Of a stretch of DNA of 54,021 bases, positions 29,645 through 40,466 are shown in pieces. A program made the position numbers and the translations under genes. The stretch's first letter is position 1. Each line of letters starts with the position of its first letter. The stretch is from Ferruginibacter sp. Its GTDB lineage: Bacteria; Bacteroidota; Bacteroidia; Chitinophagales; Chitinophagaceae. The notes beneath the pieces are model-generated. The model did not search any database, had not been told where the DNA came from, and saw only the letters and a program-made list of their open reading frames with translations. The stretch lies in the NCBI GenBank assembly GCA_043717975.1, contig JAYSWO010000411.1:1-54021 (forward strand). Direction: 5' to 3'.

Positions 29645-29782
29645 GAACCACAAAGCCACAAAGAAGGCGAATAAACACAAAGAAATGATAATTCCATTTT
29701 ACAAAAAAGAGTAAGTCTTTTAAACTTACTCCTTTAATATTTCTTTGTGAATCTTGTGTTCAACTTTTTGCCTTTGTGGTTC
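29645..29782. repeat. 138-bp nested palindromic (MITE/REPIN-like) element
   Basis: Terminal inverted repeats GAACCACAAAGCCACAAAG / CTTTTTGCCTTTGTGGTTC (17 of 19 match); inner CACAAAGAAAT/ATTTCTTTGTG pair; central hairpin GAGTAAGT-N7-ACTTACTC. Confidence 0.7.
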
Positions 29783-29788
29783 AAATAT

Positions 29789-31231
29789 TTAAAACGCTGC
29801 ACTCTTCGGATACCTCGGAAAAGGAATGACATCTCTAATATTGGTCATACCCGTTACAAATAATATCAATCGCTCAAAGCCAAGCCCAAAGCCCGCATGC
29901 GGGCAAGCACCAAAGCGGCGAGTATCTAAATAAAAATCCATTTCTTCTGTAGGAATATGCATTTCATTCATGCGTTGTGTTAGTTTATCCAAACGTTCTT
30001 CTCTTTGACTACCACCTACCATTTCACCAATACCAGGCACTAAAATATCCATGGCTGCTACCGTTTTACCATCATCATTTTGGCGCATGTAAAACGATTT
30101 TATTTCTTTAGGATAATCGGTAAGTATAACAGGCTTTTTAAAATGCTTTTCAACCAAATAGCGCTCATGCTCACTTTGCAAATCTGCACCCCAAGCATCT
30201 ATTAAATATTGAAATTTCTTTTTCTTATTGTGGTTACTTTCTCTTAAAATATTAATGGCTTCTGTGTAGGTTAATCTTTCAAAACTATTGTCCACCACAA
30301 ATTTTAATTTTTCTATCAAGCCCATTTCGCTGCGCTCATTGGCAGGTTTTTGTTTTTCTTCTTCTTCTAATCTTTGCGAAAGAAACGCTAAATCATCTGC
30401 ATTGTGCTCCATGGCATAACCGATGATGTACTTGATAAAATCTTCTGCAAGATTCATGTTATCTTCCAAGTCGTTAAATGCTACTTCTGGCTCTATCATC
30501 CAAAACTCAGCAAGGTGGCGGGTTGTGTTACTATTCTCCGCTCTAAATGTAGGGCCAAAAGTATAGATATCACTAAATGCCATTGCAGCCAACTCGCCTT
30601 CTAATTGTCCACTCACTGTAAGATTGGTACTCTTGCCAAAAAAATCTTCCTTATAATTTATGCTACCATCATCATTGCGTGGGGCTGTGCCATCAAGTGG
30701 TAATGTGGTTACTTTAAACATTTCGCCTGCACCTTCTGCATCGCTACCTGTAATGATGGGCGTGTGTATGTACACAAAGCCACGGTCGTTGTAAAATTTG
30801 TGTATGGCATATGCAAGGCTATGGCGCACTCTAAATATTGCACCAAAAGTATTCGTACGCATGCGAAGGTGTGCTTGCTCACGCAAAAATTCTAGGCTAT
30901 GCTTTTTAGGCTGTAAAGGAAATTTTTCTGCGTCGCTATCGCCTAATATTTCTATGGCAGTAGCTTTCAATTCATATTTTTGTCCTTTGCCTAATGATTC
31001 AATTACCTGACCAGTAGCTTTTATACAAGCCCCAGTGGTAATCCGTTTCATTGTTTCCTCATTCAAGCTGCCAAGCTCGGCTACCACTTGTATATTATTA
31101 TTGGTGCTGCCATCGTTCAATGCTATAAATTGGTTGTTTCTAAAAGTGCGTACCCAACCCATTACTGTAGCTTCATAGTTGGCTGTATCGCTTTCTAATA
31201 TAGCTTTTATCTTCGTTCTTTTGTTAAACAT
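29789..31231 (-). CDS. asnS: Asparagine--tRNA ligase
   Basis: [52 protein letters not shown]; ATG at 31231 follows a TATATTTG promoter element. Confidence 0.97.
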   Translation of the reverse strand: MFNKRTKIKAILESDTANYEATVMGWVRTFRNNQFIALNDGSTNNNIQVVAELGSLNEETMKRITTGACIKATGQVIESLGKGQKYELKATAIEILGDSDAEKFPLQPKKHSLEFLREQAHLRMRTNTFGAIFRVRHSLAYAIHKFYNDRGFVYIHTPIITGSDAEGAGEMFKVTTLPLDGTAPRNDDGSINYKEDFFGKSTNLTVSGQLEGELAAMAFSDIYTFGPTFRAENSNTTRHLAEFWMIEPEVAFNDLEDNMNLAEDFIKYIIGYAMEHNADDLAFLSQRLEEEEKQKPANERSEMGLIEKLKFVVDNSFERLTYTEAINILRESNHNKKKKFQYLIDAWGADLQSEHERYLVEKHFKKPVILTDYPKEIKSFYMRQNDDGKTVAAMDILVPGIGEMVGGSQREERLDKLTQRMNEMHIPTEEMDFYLDTRRFGACPHAGFGLGFERLILFVTGMTNIRDVIPFPRYPKSAAF

Positions 31232-31505
31232 ACATCTATTTTGAGGCTGCAAATATAAGGCAAATCAGTAGCTAAAAGGCGTGGGTAGTTAGCGAAATAT
31301 CATTTAATAACTTTATTCCGCACCACTATAAATGATGTATAACCATTCCTTTGATGGTTCGCTTCCATTGAAAAGGCTATGCCATTCATACAGTTTACGA
31401 AAAGTATAATACACTTTATAGGATTTTATGAAAATGGGCAATACAAAATTGCTAAAAAATAAAAGCCATAGTAATCATATCTAGTGGGCAAATAGCTCTG
31501 TAGGT

Positions 31506-32072
31506 TTATGCACGTGCCAGCTGCAACACCGGCAACTGCTTTTGTGCCAAAGCAAAACCTCCAAATAAAATTGAAGAGTACAGTAAATCGCTATACAAGG
31601 TACCATTTACAAAAGGAATACCTGCCGTATAGCATGCTAGTAAACCTGTAAAATTATGCGGATATGCATTGCTAGAAGCCCACACACCAAAATTAGATAC
31701 CAAGAAAAATATAAGCGTTGACGATAGTGCACCAACAAGCACATTCTTTACACTTACTTTTTTCAAAATAAAAAAAGCAACAACGGCTATCAAAATATAA
31801 CTAGCATACTGCCAATAAAACCCTTCGTAAAACCAAGTAAATGTTGGGTAAAATCTTGCATAAATTACATTGTTGATAAACAAATCACTTAGCCAAGTAG
31901 CTAATAATGGAATAGCAATGGCTTGCCATTTTTTTGTAAAGTGTGCTGCACCAAATAAGGCAATAGCACCAAGAGGCGAAAAATTATGTATAGGTAATAA
32001 TCTACTAGCAGCAGCCAATAATATAATGGAAGTAATTACTGTAAAACGTAGGTTAATTTTTTGTGTTGTCAT
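31506..32072 (-). CDS. DUF6580 family membrane protein, probable cobalamin transporter (BtuM/S-component-like)
   Basis: RLLP..NFSPLGAIALFG, LSDL, FFLVSNFGVW, YP....GL..CY.AG.PF; about six TM helices; lies downstream of a B12 riboswitch. Confidence 0.8.
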   Translation of the reverse strand: MTTQKINLRFTVITSIILLAAASRLLPIHNFSPLGAIALFGAAHFTKKWQAIAIPLLATWLSDLFINNVIYARFYPTFTWFYEGFYWQYASYILIAVVAFFILKKVSVKNVLVGALSSTLIFFLVSNFGVWASSNAYPHNFTGLLACYTAGIPFVNGTLYSDLLYSSILFGGFALAQKQLPVLQLARA

Positions 32073-32138
32073 ATTTTTGTTTTTTTGAAAAGCGAAAGAA
32101 TACAACAACTCGCCAGCATGGCAAATAACATATGCTTT

Positions 32139-32282
32139 GCACTTTTCGTGAGTGCTTTTGCTAAACCAATATACAAGTACCTGACTTTTCTTTTTTAAAA
32201 TAGATTTACAGTTGCACGACAGTCCATGATTTACACATGGTTACCTTGCTAAAACTGCACAAAACAGTTTTTATATTGGCTT
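32139..32282 (-). ncRNA. Cobalamin riboswitch, compact form
   Basis: Minus strand: closing stem AAGCCAATATA/TATATTGGTTT; AAGGTAA-CCATG-TGTAAAT-CATGG-ACTGTCGTGCAACTGTAA core; AAGTCAGGTAC B12-box variant; downstream hairpin GCACT-CACGAAA-AGTGC whose CACG pairs with core CGTG. Confidence 0.88.
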
Positions 32283-32301
32283 ATTAAAAGAAGAACTGCT
32301 G

Positions 32302-32309
32302 CAAATATA
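32302..32309 (-). promoter_or_regulatory. -7 promoter element for the riboswitch leader
   Basis: TATATTTG matches the Bacteroidota TAnnTTTG consensus, 20 nt upstream of the riboswitch. Confidence 0.65.
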
Positions 32310-32392
32310 AAGCTTGATACGTTATTTTAGTAATATTCCATTTCTTTTTATGCTTTGCTACAAAACGAGTTGGTATCTTTATATAAAAAATA

Positions 32393-33334
32393 ATGCGTTG
32401 TTTATTCAGTTTATTATTAATGGGTATAAGCTTTTCTACAAGCGCACAGTTTGTAGCCGAAGAAAAAGTACTAGAAACCACTACGGGCAATCTTAAAGGA
32501 ACGCTTTTACTTCCCACTAAAATAAAAAAATATAATCTTGTTGTAATACAAGCAGGTAGTGGGCCAACCGATAGAAATGGCAATAGTGGAAATGCTGTAA
32601 AGGCAAATTCTTACAGACTTTTGGCAGCAGCTTTGGCTCAAAAAAACATAGCCACGCTGCTCATGGATAAACGTGGTGTGGCAGCAAGTATGGCCGGATT
32701 AAAAAAAGAAGCTGACCTTCGGTTTGATGATTATGCAACAGACCTTGCCAATTGGGTAAAATTAATAAAGACCGACAAGCGTATTGGCAAAATATTTATT
32801 GTGGGGCACAGCGAGGGCTCCCTTGTGGGTATGTTAGCCGCACAAAAAGAAAAGGTAGATGGGTATATTTCTCTTGCAGGTGCAGGAGAAAGTATTGATA
32901 AAATTATTGTATGGCAATATGCCCAACAATTGCCCAAAGCGGCGGCAGTTGTAGATTCTCTTTTTACAAGAATGAAAAATGCGCAAAAAATAGATTCTGT
33001 GCCCCCTTATTTGATGTCAATTTTTCGCCCTAGCGTGCAGCCATACATAGAATCTTGGATAAAGTATAACCCTTGCGAAGAAATAAAAAAGCTAGCCATA
33101 CCTGTACTTATTTTACAAGGCAGTACCGATATACAAGTTCAAGTAAAACAAGCAGAAATGTTGCATGATTGTAAACCAACAGCGTCGTATAAAATTATTG
33201 ATGGCATGAACCATATTTTAAAAAAAGCGCCATTGGATAGAGCAAAAAATATAGCTACATATTCTGAGGAAGCATTGATGTTAATGCCTACTTTGGTTGA
33301 TGAATTGATTGCATTTATTAATAAAAAACGCTAA
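32393..33334 (+). CDS. Exported alpha/beta hydrolase
   Basis: GSGPTDRNGN, DKRG, GHSEG nucleophile elbow, QG..DIQV, GMNH. Confidence 0.9.
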   Translation: MRCLFSLLLMGISFSTSAQFVAEEKVLETTTGNLKGTLLLPTKIKKYNLVVIQAGSGPTDRNGNSGNAVKANSYRLLAAALAQKNIATLLMDKRGVAASMAGLKKEADLRFDDYATDLANWVKLIKTDKRIGKIFIVGHSEGSLVGMLAAQKEKVDGYISLAGAGESIDKIIVWQYAQQLPKAAAVVDSLFTRMKNAQKIDSVPPYLMSIFRPSVQPYIESWIKYNPCEEIKKLAIPVLILQGSTDIQVQVKQAEMLHDCKPTASYKIIDGMNHILKKAPLDRAKNIATYSEEALMLMPTLVDELIAFINKKR

Positions 33335-33446
33335 TGTATTTGAGTTTAATGAGAATACTACTCTAGCCAAATTATTGTTTAATTTAAACATAAAAAATAA
33401 ACAAATAGGTAACTTGGCGTTTTTCTAAACCTAAAAACTTCTTTTA

Positions 33447-35570
33447 ATGAAATATACATTCTCTTTAATAGCAGTAATATTTTTTATGGCAAATGCATCG
33501 GCACAATTAACCTACCCAAGTGTAAGAAAAGTAGATACAGTAGATCAATATTTTGGAACAAAAGTACCCGATCCTTACCGCTGGCTAGAAGATGATAAGA
33601 GCGATGAAACCAAGGCTTGGGTTATAGAGCAAAACAAAATTACCTTCGGTTATTTAGACAAAATACCATACCGTGCAGGCTTTAAAAAAGCTATAGAAAA
33701 AGTATTTAATTATCCTAAATATTCTGCACCATTTAAAAAAGCTGATTGGTATTATTTTTATAAAAACGATGGGCTGCAAAATCAATCTGTATTGTACAAA
33801 CAAAAAGGATTAAACGGTGCGGTGGAAACCGTTATAGACCCAAACACGTTGAGTAAAGATGGAACTACTCGTATGACAACATTTAGCCTTTGTAAAGATG
33901 GTAAGTATGCTGTGATTGGATTGAGCGAAGGCGGTAGCGACTGGCAAACATACAAAGTGCGTGACATGAGTACAGGAAAAGATTTGAACGATAAAGTAGA
34001 GTGGGTAAAAATAAGTGGCACAGCATGGGCGGCTTATGGATTTTATTATAGCCGTTACCCTGCGCCGGAAAAAGGTGCTAGCGCATTGAGTGTAAAAAAT
34101 GAAAACCACCAAGTGTGGTTTCATAAAATTGGCACGGCACAAACGGCTGACGAATTAATATACGAAGACAAAAATAATTTACAGCGTTTTCATACCGCAA
34201 GCACAAGCGAGGATGAACAATATTTGTACCTGTACATAAGCGATAGAGGAAAAGGATTTGACGGTAATTCCATATCAGTAATGGATTTGAAGGCAGAAAA
34301 CAAAGTTTTTAAACCGTTGATAAAAGAAGTAACCAACAGTAATTTTAGCGTTGTAGAAAATACCAAAACAGATTTTATTTTACAAACAAACGAAGCAGCA
34401 CCCAATGGAAAAGTAATTTCAATTGCTATAAAAGATATGGATGCTAGCAAAGCAAAAACTTTGATAGCAGAAAGGGCTGAACCTTTGCAAAATGCAAATA
34501 CTGGTGGTGGAAAATTATTTGTAGATTATTTAAAAGATGTAACCACTCGTACATATGTGTGCGACCTTACAGGCAAACAAATCGGCGAAGTAAAATATCC
34601 TAGTCTGGGTAATGGAGGTGGACTTAGCGGGTACAGGGATGATAAAGATTTATTTTATGTGTTTACGTCTTTTACATTTCCACCAACCATTTATAAGTAC
34701 AATATTGCTACAGGCAAAAGTGTAGTGTTTAGAAAACCCGAAGTAAGTTTTAACCCTGCAGACTATGAAACCAAACAGGTTTTTTATAGAAGCAAAGATG
34801 GTACAAAAATACCTATGTTCATCATCAACAAAAAAGGCATAAAACTAGATGGCAATAACGTAACACTGTTGTATGGATACGGTGGTTTTAATGTAAACTT
34901 AGAGCCTGGATTTAGTGCAACATTGCTTCCTTTTTTAGATGCTGGTGGAGTGTATGCACAAGCAAACCTGCGTGGCGGCGGCGAGTACGGAGAAAGCTGG
35001 CACCAAGCCGGTATGCTCCTCAATAAACAAAATGTATTTGATGATTTTATTGCCGCAGGCGAATATTTGATAAAAGAAAATTATACCAACTCTAGTAATT
35101 TGGCATTGCGGGGTGGTAGTAATGGCGGGCTTTTGGTGGGTGCCGTTATTAATCAAAGGCCCGACTTGGCAAGAGTAGCCATACCGCAAGTGGGTGTAAT
35201 GGATATGTTGCGCTTTCATAAATTTACCATTGGCTGGAACTGGATAGCAGATTATGGCAGTAGTGAAAAAGATGAAGTAAATTTTAAAAACTTATTTGCG
35301 TTTTCACCATTGCATAATATTAGGGATGTAGTAAATTATCCATCAATTTTAGTTACTACCGCTGACCATGATGACAGAGTGGTACCAGCACATTCGTTCA
35401 AATACATATCTACACTTCAAGAAAAATACAAAGGCAAAAACCCTGTGCTAATAAGAATAGATACCAATAGTGGCCATGGTGCAAGCAACACGAAAAAGAA
35501 TATAGAAACGATAGCCGATATTTATTCGTTTATTTTTAGTGAGATGGGTGTGGTGCCGAGGTTGAAATAG
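33447..35570 (+). CDS. Prolyl oligopeptidase (S9A)
   Basis: DPYRWLED, YGYGGF, RGGGEYGE.WH, GGSNGGLL, DHDDRV, GHG. Confidence 0.96.
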   Translation: MKYTFSLIAVIFFMANASAQLTYPSVRKVDTVDQYFGTKVPDPYRWLEDDKSDETKAWVIEQNKITFGYLDKIPYRAGFKKAIEKVFNYPKYSAPFKKADWYYFYKNDGLQNQSVLYKQKGLNGAVETVIDPNTLSKDGTTRMTTFSLCKDGKYAVIGLSEGGSDWQTYKVRDMSTGKDLNDKVEWVKISGTAWAAYGFYYSRYPAPEKGASALSVKNENHQVWFHKIGTAQTADELIYEDKNNLQRFHTASTSEDEQYLYLYISDRGKGFDGNSISVMDLKAENKVFKPLIKEVTNSNFSVVENTKTDFILQTNEAAPNGKVISIAIKDMDASKAKTLIAERAEPLQNANTGGGKLFVDYLKDVTTRTYVCDLTGKQIGEVKYPSLGNGGGLSGYRDDKDLFYVFTSFTFPPTIYKYNIATGKSVVFRKPEVSFNPADYETKQVFYRSKDGTKIPMFIINKKGIKLDGNNVTLLYGYGGFNVNLEPGFSATLLPFLDAGGVYAQANLRGGGEYGESWHQAGMLLNKQNVFDDFIAAGEYLIKENYTNSSNLALRGGSNGGLLVGAVINQRPDLARVAIPQVGVMDMLRFHKFTIGWNWIADYGSSEKDEVNFKNLFAFSPLHNIRDVVNYPSILVTTADHDDRVVPAHSFKYISTLQEKYKGKNPVLIRIDTNSGHGASNTKKNIETIADIYSFIFSEMGVVPRLK

Positions 35571-35609
35571 ATATATGCACGGTAAATAGCTAGAAATTAA
35601 TAGGCACTT

Positions 35610-37520
35610 TTAATCTTTAAAAGTGTCTTTTTTTACCAAAACAATTTTGTTTCTATCAGCTTTATACATAGCGATAAAATAATTTGAAATGGATTCATAT
35701 TCATTTCTAGAAAAACGCCCTTCATTCAATTCATTTTTGCGAAGAACATCTATAATATTATTTTTAATATTAAATGTAATGCTATAACTACCGTATACAT
35801 TTTTTATAAACACATCTTTTGGCATAGCTTCTACTATATAACCAATTGGTATTTTTATTTGAATAGTATCAACATGTATGTAGGAAGAAGGAAATTTAAT
35901 ATCATACTTTCTTTCTTTTTCTTCGCCAAACTTATTGGAGGATCTATTAAAAAAGTTGGGTGTTATAAATAAACGCTTTCCAGTAACTGTAGCATAAAAG
36001 GGCGATTTTATAGATAAGTATTCATCGATTGCAGGTACCAATCCTTTTGTTTCTTTATAATCATATGCTTCTACAGAATAAGTAGGTAAACTTAATGTGT
36101 TGTTTAAGTATCGCTTTTTTTGATCTGGTGTAGCAGCATTCATTAATCCATTTACACCTTCTTGTTGTATGCCAGTGAAATGAGTAAAAACTTTTGCGAC
36201 AAGTTCTCCGTCATCATTAATAGTAGCGTCTACTTTTCTTAGCTGTAAATTATCTTTGGCTTTATAGGTTGGGGTATTTACAATATGCCCACCATCATCA
36301 TCTATTAAAAGTGCTTTTCTATTTCCAGTAAAACTACCCATATAACCCGGACTCGCCGTTTGACTTGTACACTCAAGCCAAATGGTATCTTTTTGCAATG
36401 GTACACACATGATGGCATGGTTAAATGCATTTGCACAAAAGTCTTCCCATAACCCTCGTTTATTTTCTCCTGCTTTAACCAAAACATATTTTGCAGGAAT
36501 ATTTACTTCTTTTAAAATGCTCACCATATAATTAGATAAAGCTTTACAATCACCATATTTTTTTGTAGCTACATATTTGGCATCAAATGGCTGCCAACTA
36601 CCCACACCCAACTGAACGCTTATATATCTTGTATTTTTTTGAAAATAATTATACAGAATATTTATTTTTTCTTTTACATCATTTACATTATCTACTAATT
36701 TATGTACATCTTCCTTTACATTATCTGGTAATTGTTGTCTATCTATATTTAAAGAATGTATAAATTTGCCTAGCGAGAGCCAACTATTCATATCACCCTT
36801 ATAATTTTCAATTTCAAATTGTGAAGGTGCAATATGTACTGTGGGATTGATATCTTCCCAACTAGGTTGAAATGCCTCATGTTTTACAGCTAAGACATTT
36901 TTTATTTCCCATTCATACATAATTTTATCTCCTTCTATTGTTTGTATTGCGGCATCAGGGTAAGCTATTTGCTTATAACGTAATAAATAACCTGCCGGAG
37001 CCTCTAAAGTAAAAGCACTTTGTTCTATACTAATATGCACACCTGAAATAGGATGCCAAGACGGTAAGTAAAAAATGCCCTCAAACTCTTGCTCATCTTC
37101 ATAAGCCACAGTATCTGGGTATTGTGTGCAATAAAAATTATGTTGCTTATATCTACTATCTGTTATAAGGTTCATATCTCCATTAGCAGAAAAATCAGCA
37201 ATGTCTTTTTTCTTCACCGATTTTATTTCTTTTCCATTTGCGTCATACAGGCTTCCATCAAATTTGGTTAGGCTTATAAGTTTATCATAATAATTATTGT
37301 ATTGCGCAAAATATGCCCCTTCTTCATTTAATATGGTAATTGCATATGTATGTTTTACTATGGCTTTCGATGGAGATTCAATAATCACTGAAAAATGCTC
37401 CATTCTAGTAACAGCATTTGCATTTTTTTTTAAAGAGTCATTTATTAATGCCACACTATATTTCTGTCCGTACAGTTTTGTAAAAGAACAAACTACAAAA
37501 AGAAGAAAAAGTTTTTTCAT
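35610..37520 (-). CDS. DUF3857 + transglutaminase-like domain protein
   Basis: Signal peptide; TRY.S...G...WQP, GDCK, FNHAI, WLECT (Cys-His-acid triad). Confidence 0.88.
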   Translation of the reverse strand: MKKLFLLFVVCSFTKLYGQKYSVALINDSLKKNANAVTRMEHFSVIIESPSKAIVKHTYAITILNEEGAYFAQYNNYYDKLISLTKFDGSLYDANGKEIKSVKKKDIADFSANGDMNLITDSRYKQHNFYCTQYPDTVAYEDEQEFEGIFYLPSWHPISGVHISIEQSAFTLEAPAGYLLRYKQIAYPDAAIQTIEGDKIMYEWEIKNVLAVKHEAFQPSWEDINPTVHIAPSQFEIENYKGDMNSWLSLGKFIHSLNIDRQQLPDNVKEDVHKLVDNVNDVKEKINILYNYFQKNTRYISVQLGVGSWQPFDAKYVATKKYGDCKALSNYMVSILKEVNIPAKYVLVKAGENKRGLWEDFCANAFNHAIMCVPLQKDTIWLECTSQTASPGYMGSFTGNRKALLIDDDGGHIVNTPTYKAKDNLQLRKVDATINDDGELVAKVFTHFTGIQQEGVNGLMNAATPDQKKRYLNNTLSLPTYSVEAYDYKETKGLVPAIDEYLSIKSPFYATVTGKRLFITPNFFNRSSNKFGEEKERKYDIKFPSSYIHVDTIQIKIPIGYIVEAMPKDVFIKNVYGSYSITFNIKNNIIDVLRKNELNEGRFSRNEYESISNYFIAMYKADRNKIVLVKKDTFKD

Positions 37521-37524
37521 GGTA

Positions 37525-39540
37525 TTATTTAAGTTTTTTAAATACAATTTGCTCTGCTTGTTTTTTTACAACATAGCTATAAAACTCACGCAATGATTTA
37601 TAATCCTCTGCATCAAAATTTGCTTTATTAACATCAATTTTACAGCGCATTTGTATACTTTCTGCATCGGATTGTATAATGTATTCAAACATCCCATCAG
37701 CTTCATTCAATTTAACCCTTGTAGATTTAGGCAACTCATCTACTTTATATCCTTTTGGAATTTCTATATTTATATTAATAATTTCTTTGATGGTATAAGG
37801 CATTTCAACAGGATAATTTCTTGTGGCTGCTGAAAATGGATTCGTTTTATAAGCTTCCGTTAGTAACGGATTAAAATAAATAATATCTTCATCAAGTTTA
37901 AAAGAAAAATCATATTTTATACAAACTTTTTCATCATCTAATTTTTAAGAATCTATGGCTGTATTGTTGATATCAATATCGTAATTATATGATGTTTTAA
38001 GTTTTTTAAAATAATCGTCTATATTGCCATTAGTTAATTCTTCTCTCAAATCAAATGATCCAAAATATCCTACATTAGAACTAAATGACCCATTCATTTT
38101 TTTTCCATCTTCACTATTAATAATAAAAATATTTGTTATTTTAGTTTCAAGTAAACTATCTGCAAAAAGAGGTACTACAAAAGGCATTTTTGCAATAATT
38201 CTACCATAACCATTGTAACACTCCACCGGCAAATAATTAAACCCATTTCTTTTTTTTGATGCATCTAGCAAATATTCTTTACCCATTATGACAACTTTTA
38301 CTATAAGATAATTAAACCTACCAATGATTGGATAGGCTTCGTATGCTATTCCATTATCCCTTGTACTTAGTAAAACAGGGTCTGCTACAATAGCTGCCTT
38401 TCTTAGCATGGCCACAAGCAACATGTTTATCTCAATTATATTACCCTTTTTAGTATCGTATGCCTTTCTCAAATTTTCTGGCATATACAATGCATCATGA
38501 TCTGTACAAATAAAATTATTTTTTATAAAGTTGAAAATGTTTTTTGTACTAGTAAGGGTGTCGTTTTTTGCTACTAACTTTTCTATATCATCGTCGAGCC
38601 ATTTATTTTTTTCTGATAATGCAAGCCCAAATTGTTCTGCTTTTAATAACTCTTCTGCCGCTTCTATCCAAGTACGCATAATTGGTTTGGGTGGCTTATT
38701 AGGAAAATTTAATGTACTTAATTGAAACTCTATTTTGGCAATGTGATTTTTTAATGTAGTCGTAAAATTTTCTTTTACAAGAGGAGGTAAATTACTCAAT
38801 ACCCATTTAGAAAATACATTTGTAGCATTATAAGTAAATCTACTTGTATATCCGTAAGCATTGTAAGAAGAATTAGAAATGTAGTAATTATGAGAACTAC
38901 TTTTTACTTCTACTGGTTTTAGGTCATAATATCCCCCCGTTAAAAAAATAAAATTAAATAATTGAGGCACATCAACGCTATATTCACTTCTTATTACTGG
39001 ATATTTATCCTGAAAATAAAACCCTCTTAAATAATGTGTTCTTGGAGAAATAATTCTATAGGTGTATTCAATTATACATCCTTCTTTTAAATTGGGAAAT
39101 GTAAATTTCTTGATCGTATAATCTTTAGAGGCTTTATCTTTAAAAATAGATTCTTTGTCAACTTTTGTTTTTGTAACTACCCCATTTTCTAAAACATAAG
39201 TAGCGGCTTCTAACTTTTCAATATTATCTTCTTCTCCCACACCTTTATACAGTATTATTTCTATAGTGGCTAAATCAAACGCATTCTTACTAATCAGCTT
39301 TACACGTTTATGATAAGTATATATAATATTAAACCAATCTCCATTATCACTTTCATATGCAGCAGCGCCAGCGTTATACAATACTACAGCTTGTGCATTA
39401 CTGTCAAGTGTTTTATAATTGGGTTCAAAATCTCGTTGGGTTACTTCTCCAAACTTTATTTTTTCTAGATTTTCATTTTGCGAATAGCCCTTTATATAGC
39501 ATAGAAATAAACCTACAACCAAGAAAAATCTTTGAATCAT
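37525..39540 (-). pseudogene. Second DUF3857 protein interrupted by one in-frame TAA at 37945-37947
   Basis: ORFs 37945-39603 and 37525-37803 share a frame. Reading through gives ..AIDS*KLDDEK..IYFNPLL..NPF....RNYPVEMPY, a continuous DUF3857-type C-terminus. Confidence 0.8.
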
Positions 39541-39612
39541 TATTAGCAGTTTAGTCTTGATAACAATATAGTACAAATTGACTTGTAAGTTATATGGTAG
39601 CAAAATTTATTT

Positions 39613-39646
39613 AAAAAAATGCCCCGTCTTTTAATAATGGGGCATT
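39613..39646 (-). terminator. Intrinsic terminator
   Basis: AATGCCCC-N13-GGGGCATT with a U-tract on the minus strand. Confidence 0.7.
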
Positions 39647-39670
39647 ACTACATGTATATATTACAATATG

Positions 39671-40435
39671 CTATCTTCTATTCAACTTACTCAACAACCG
39701 CAGTATTTCCAAATACAACCATACAATGGTAACCATTAAACCAAATGCACCATACCATTCCATATATTTTGGAGCCCCCATTTCTACCCCATTTTCTATC
39801 ATATCAAAATCAAGTATTAAATTAAGAGATGCTACTACCGTTACTACCAAAGAAAAACCAATTCCCATCAAACTTCCTTCATGCAAAAAAGTCATTCCTT
39901 CAAAACCAAACATACGCAATACAAATACAAGCATATAAAAAATGCCGATGCCCATTGTAGCGGTTATTAAAACAGATTTAAATTTTTCTGTAGCTTTTAT
40001 AATTTTAAAACTATAGAGTAAATACATAGCTACAGCAACGCCAAATGTGAGCCCTACAGCGGTTATTACGATATTGGGTGCTTTTTCTGCAAACGCTGCA
40101 TTGTACATGGCAGAAATAGCCCCAAGAAACAAACCTTGCATAAGTGCATACAAAGGAGCTAGATATTGTGACCATTCTTTTTTAAAAGAAATGATAATTC
40201 CTGTAACAAGTCCTCCGATAACGCCTGTCCAAAGCATGCCTGTTACTGCACCGCCTTCAGCAAATTGTTTCCACGAATAAAATGAACTGCCCAGTACCAT
40301 TATTAAAAGAAACCCAAATTTTTGTAGTGTTCCTTTTACGGTCATTGCATTGTCCATATCCAATACATCAGATATTACAGTGCTACTAAATCTTTTTTCT
40401 GATAAGGCTGGGTTGCCAGATAGAAATAATGCCAT
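39671..40435 (-). CDS. Bax inhibitor-1/YccA-like membrane protein
   Basis: NP..MT..GT..K, LILDFD, APKYMEWYGAFGLMVTIVWLYLEILRLL. Confidence 0.92.
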   Translation of the reverse strand: MALFLSGNPALSEKRFSSTVISDVLDMDNAMTVKGTLQKFGFLLIMVLGSSFYSWKQFAEGGAVTGMLWTGVIGGLVTGIIISFKKEWSQYLAPLYALMQGLFLGAISAMYNAAFAEKAPNIVITAVGLTFGVAVAMYLLYSFKIIKATEKFKSVLITATMGIGIFYMLVFVLRMFGFEGMTFLHEGSLMGIGFSLVVTVVASLNLILDFDMIENGVEMGAPKYMEWYGAFGLMVTIVWLYLEILRLLSKLNRR

Positions 40436-40466
40436 AGTGTATATATTTTATTTATTTTTATTTTTT

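Noticed and set aside
31265-31500. Possible gene remnant between asnS and DUF6580
   Set aside because: Only short peptide-like pieces in several frames; no family could be recognised.
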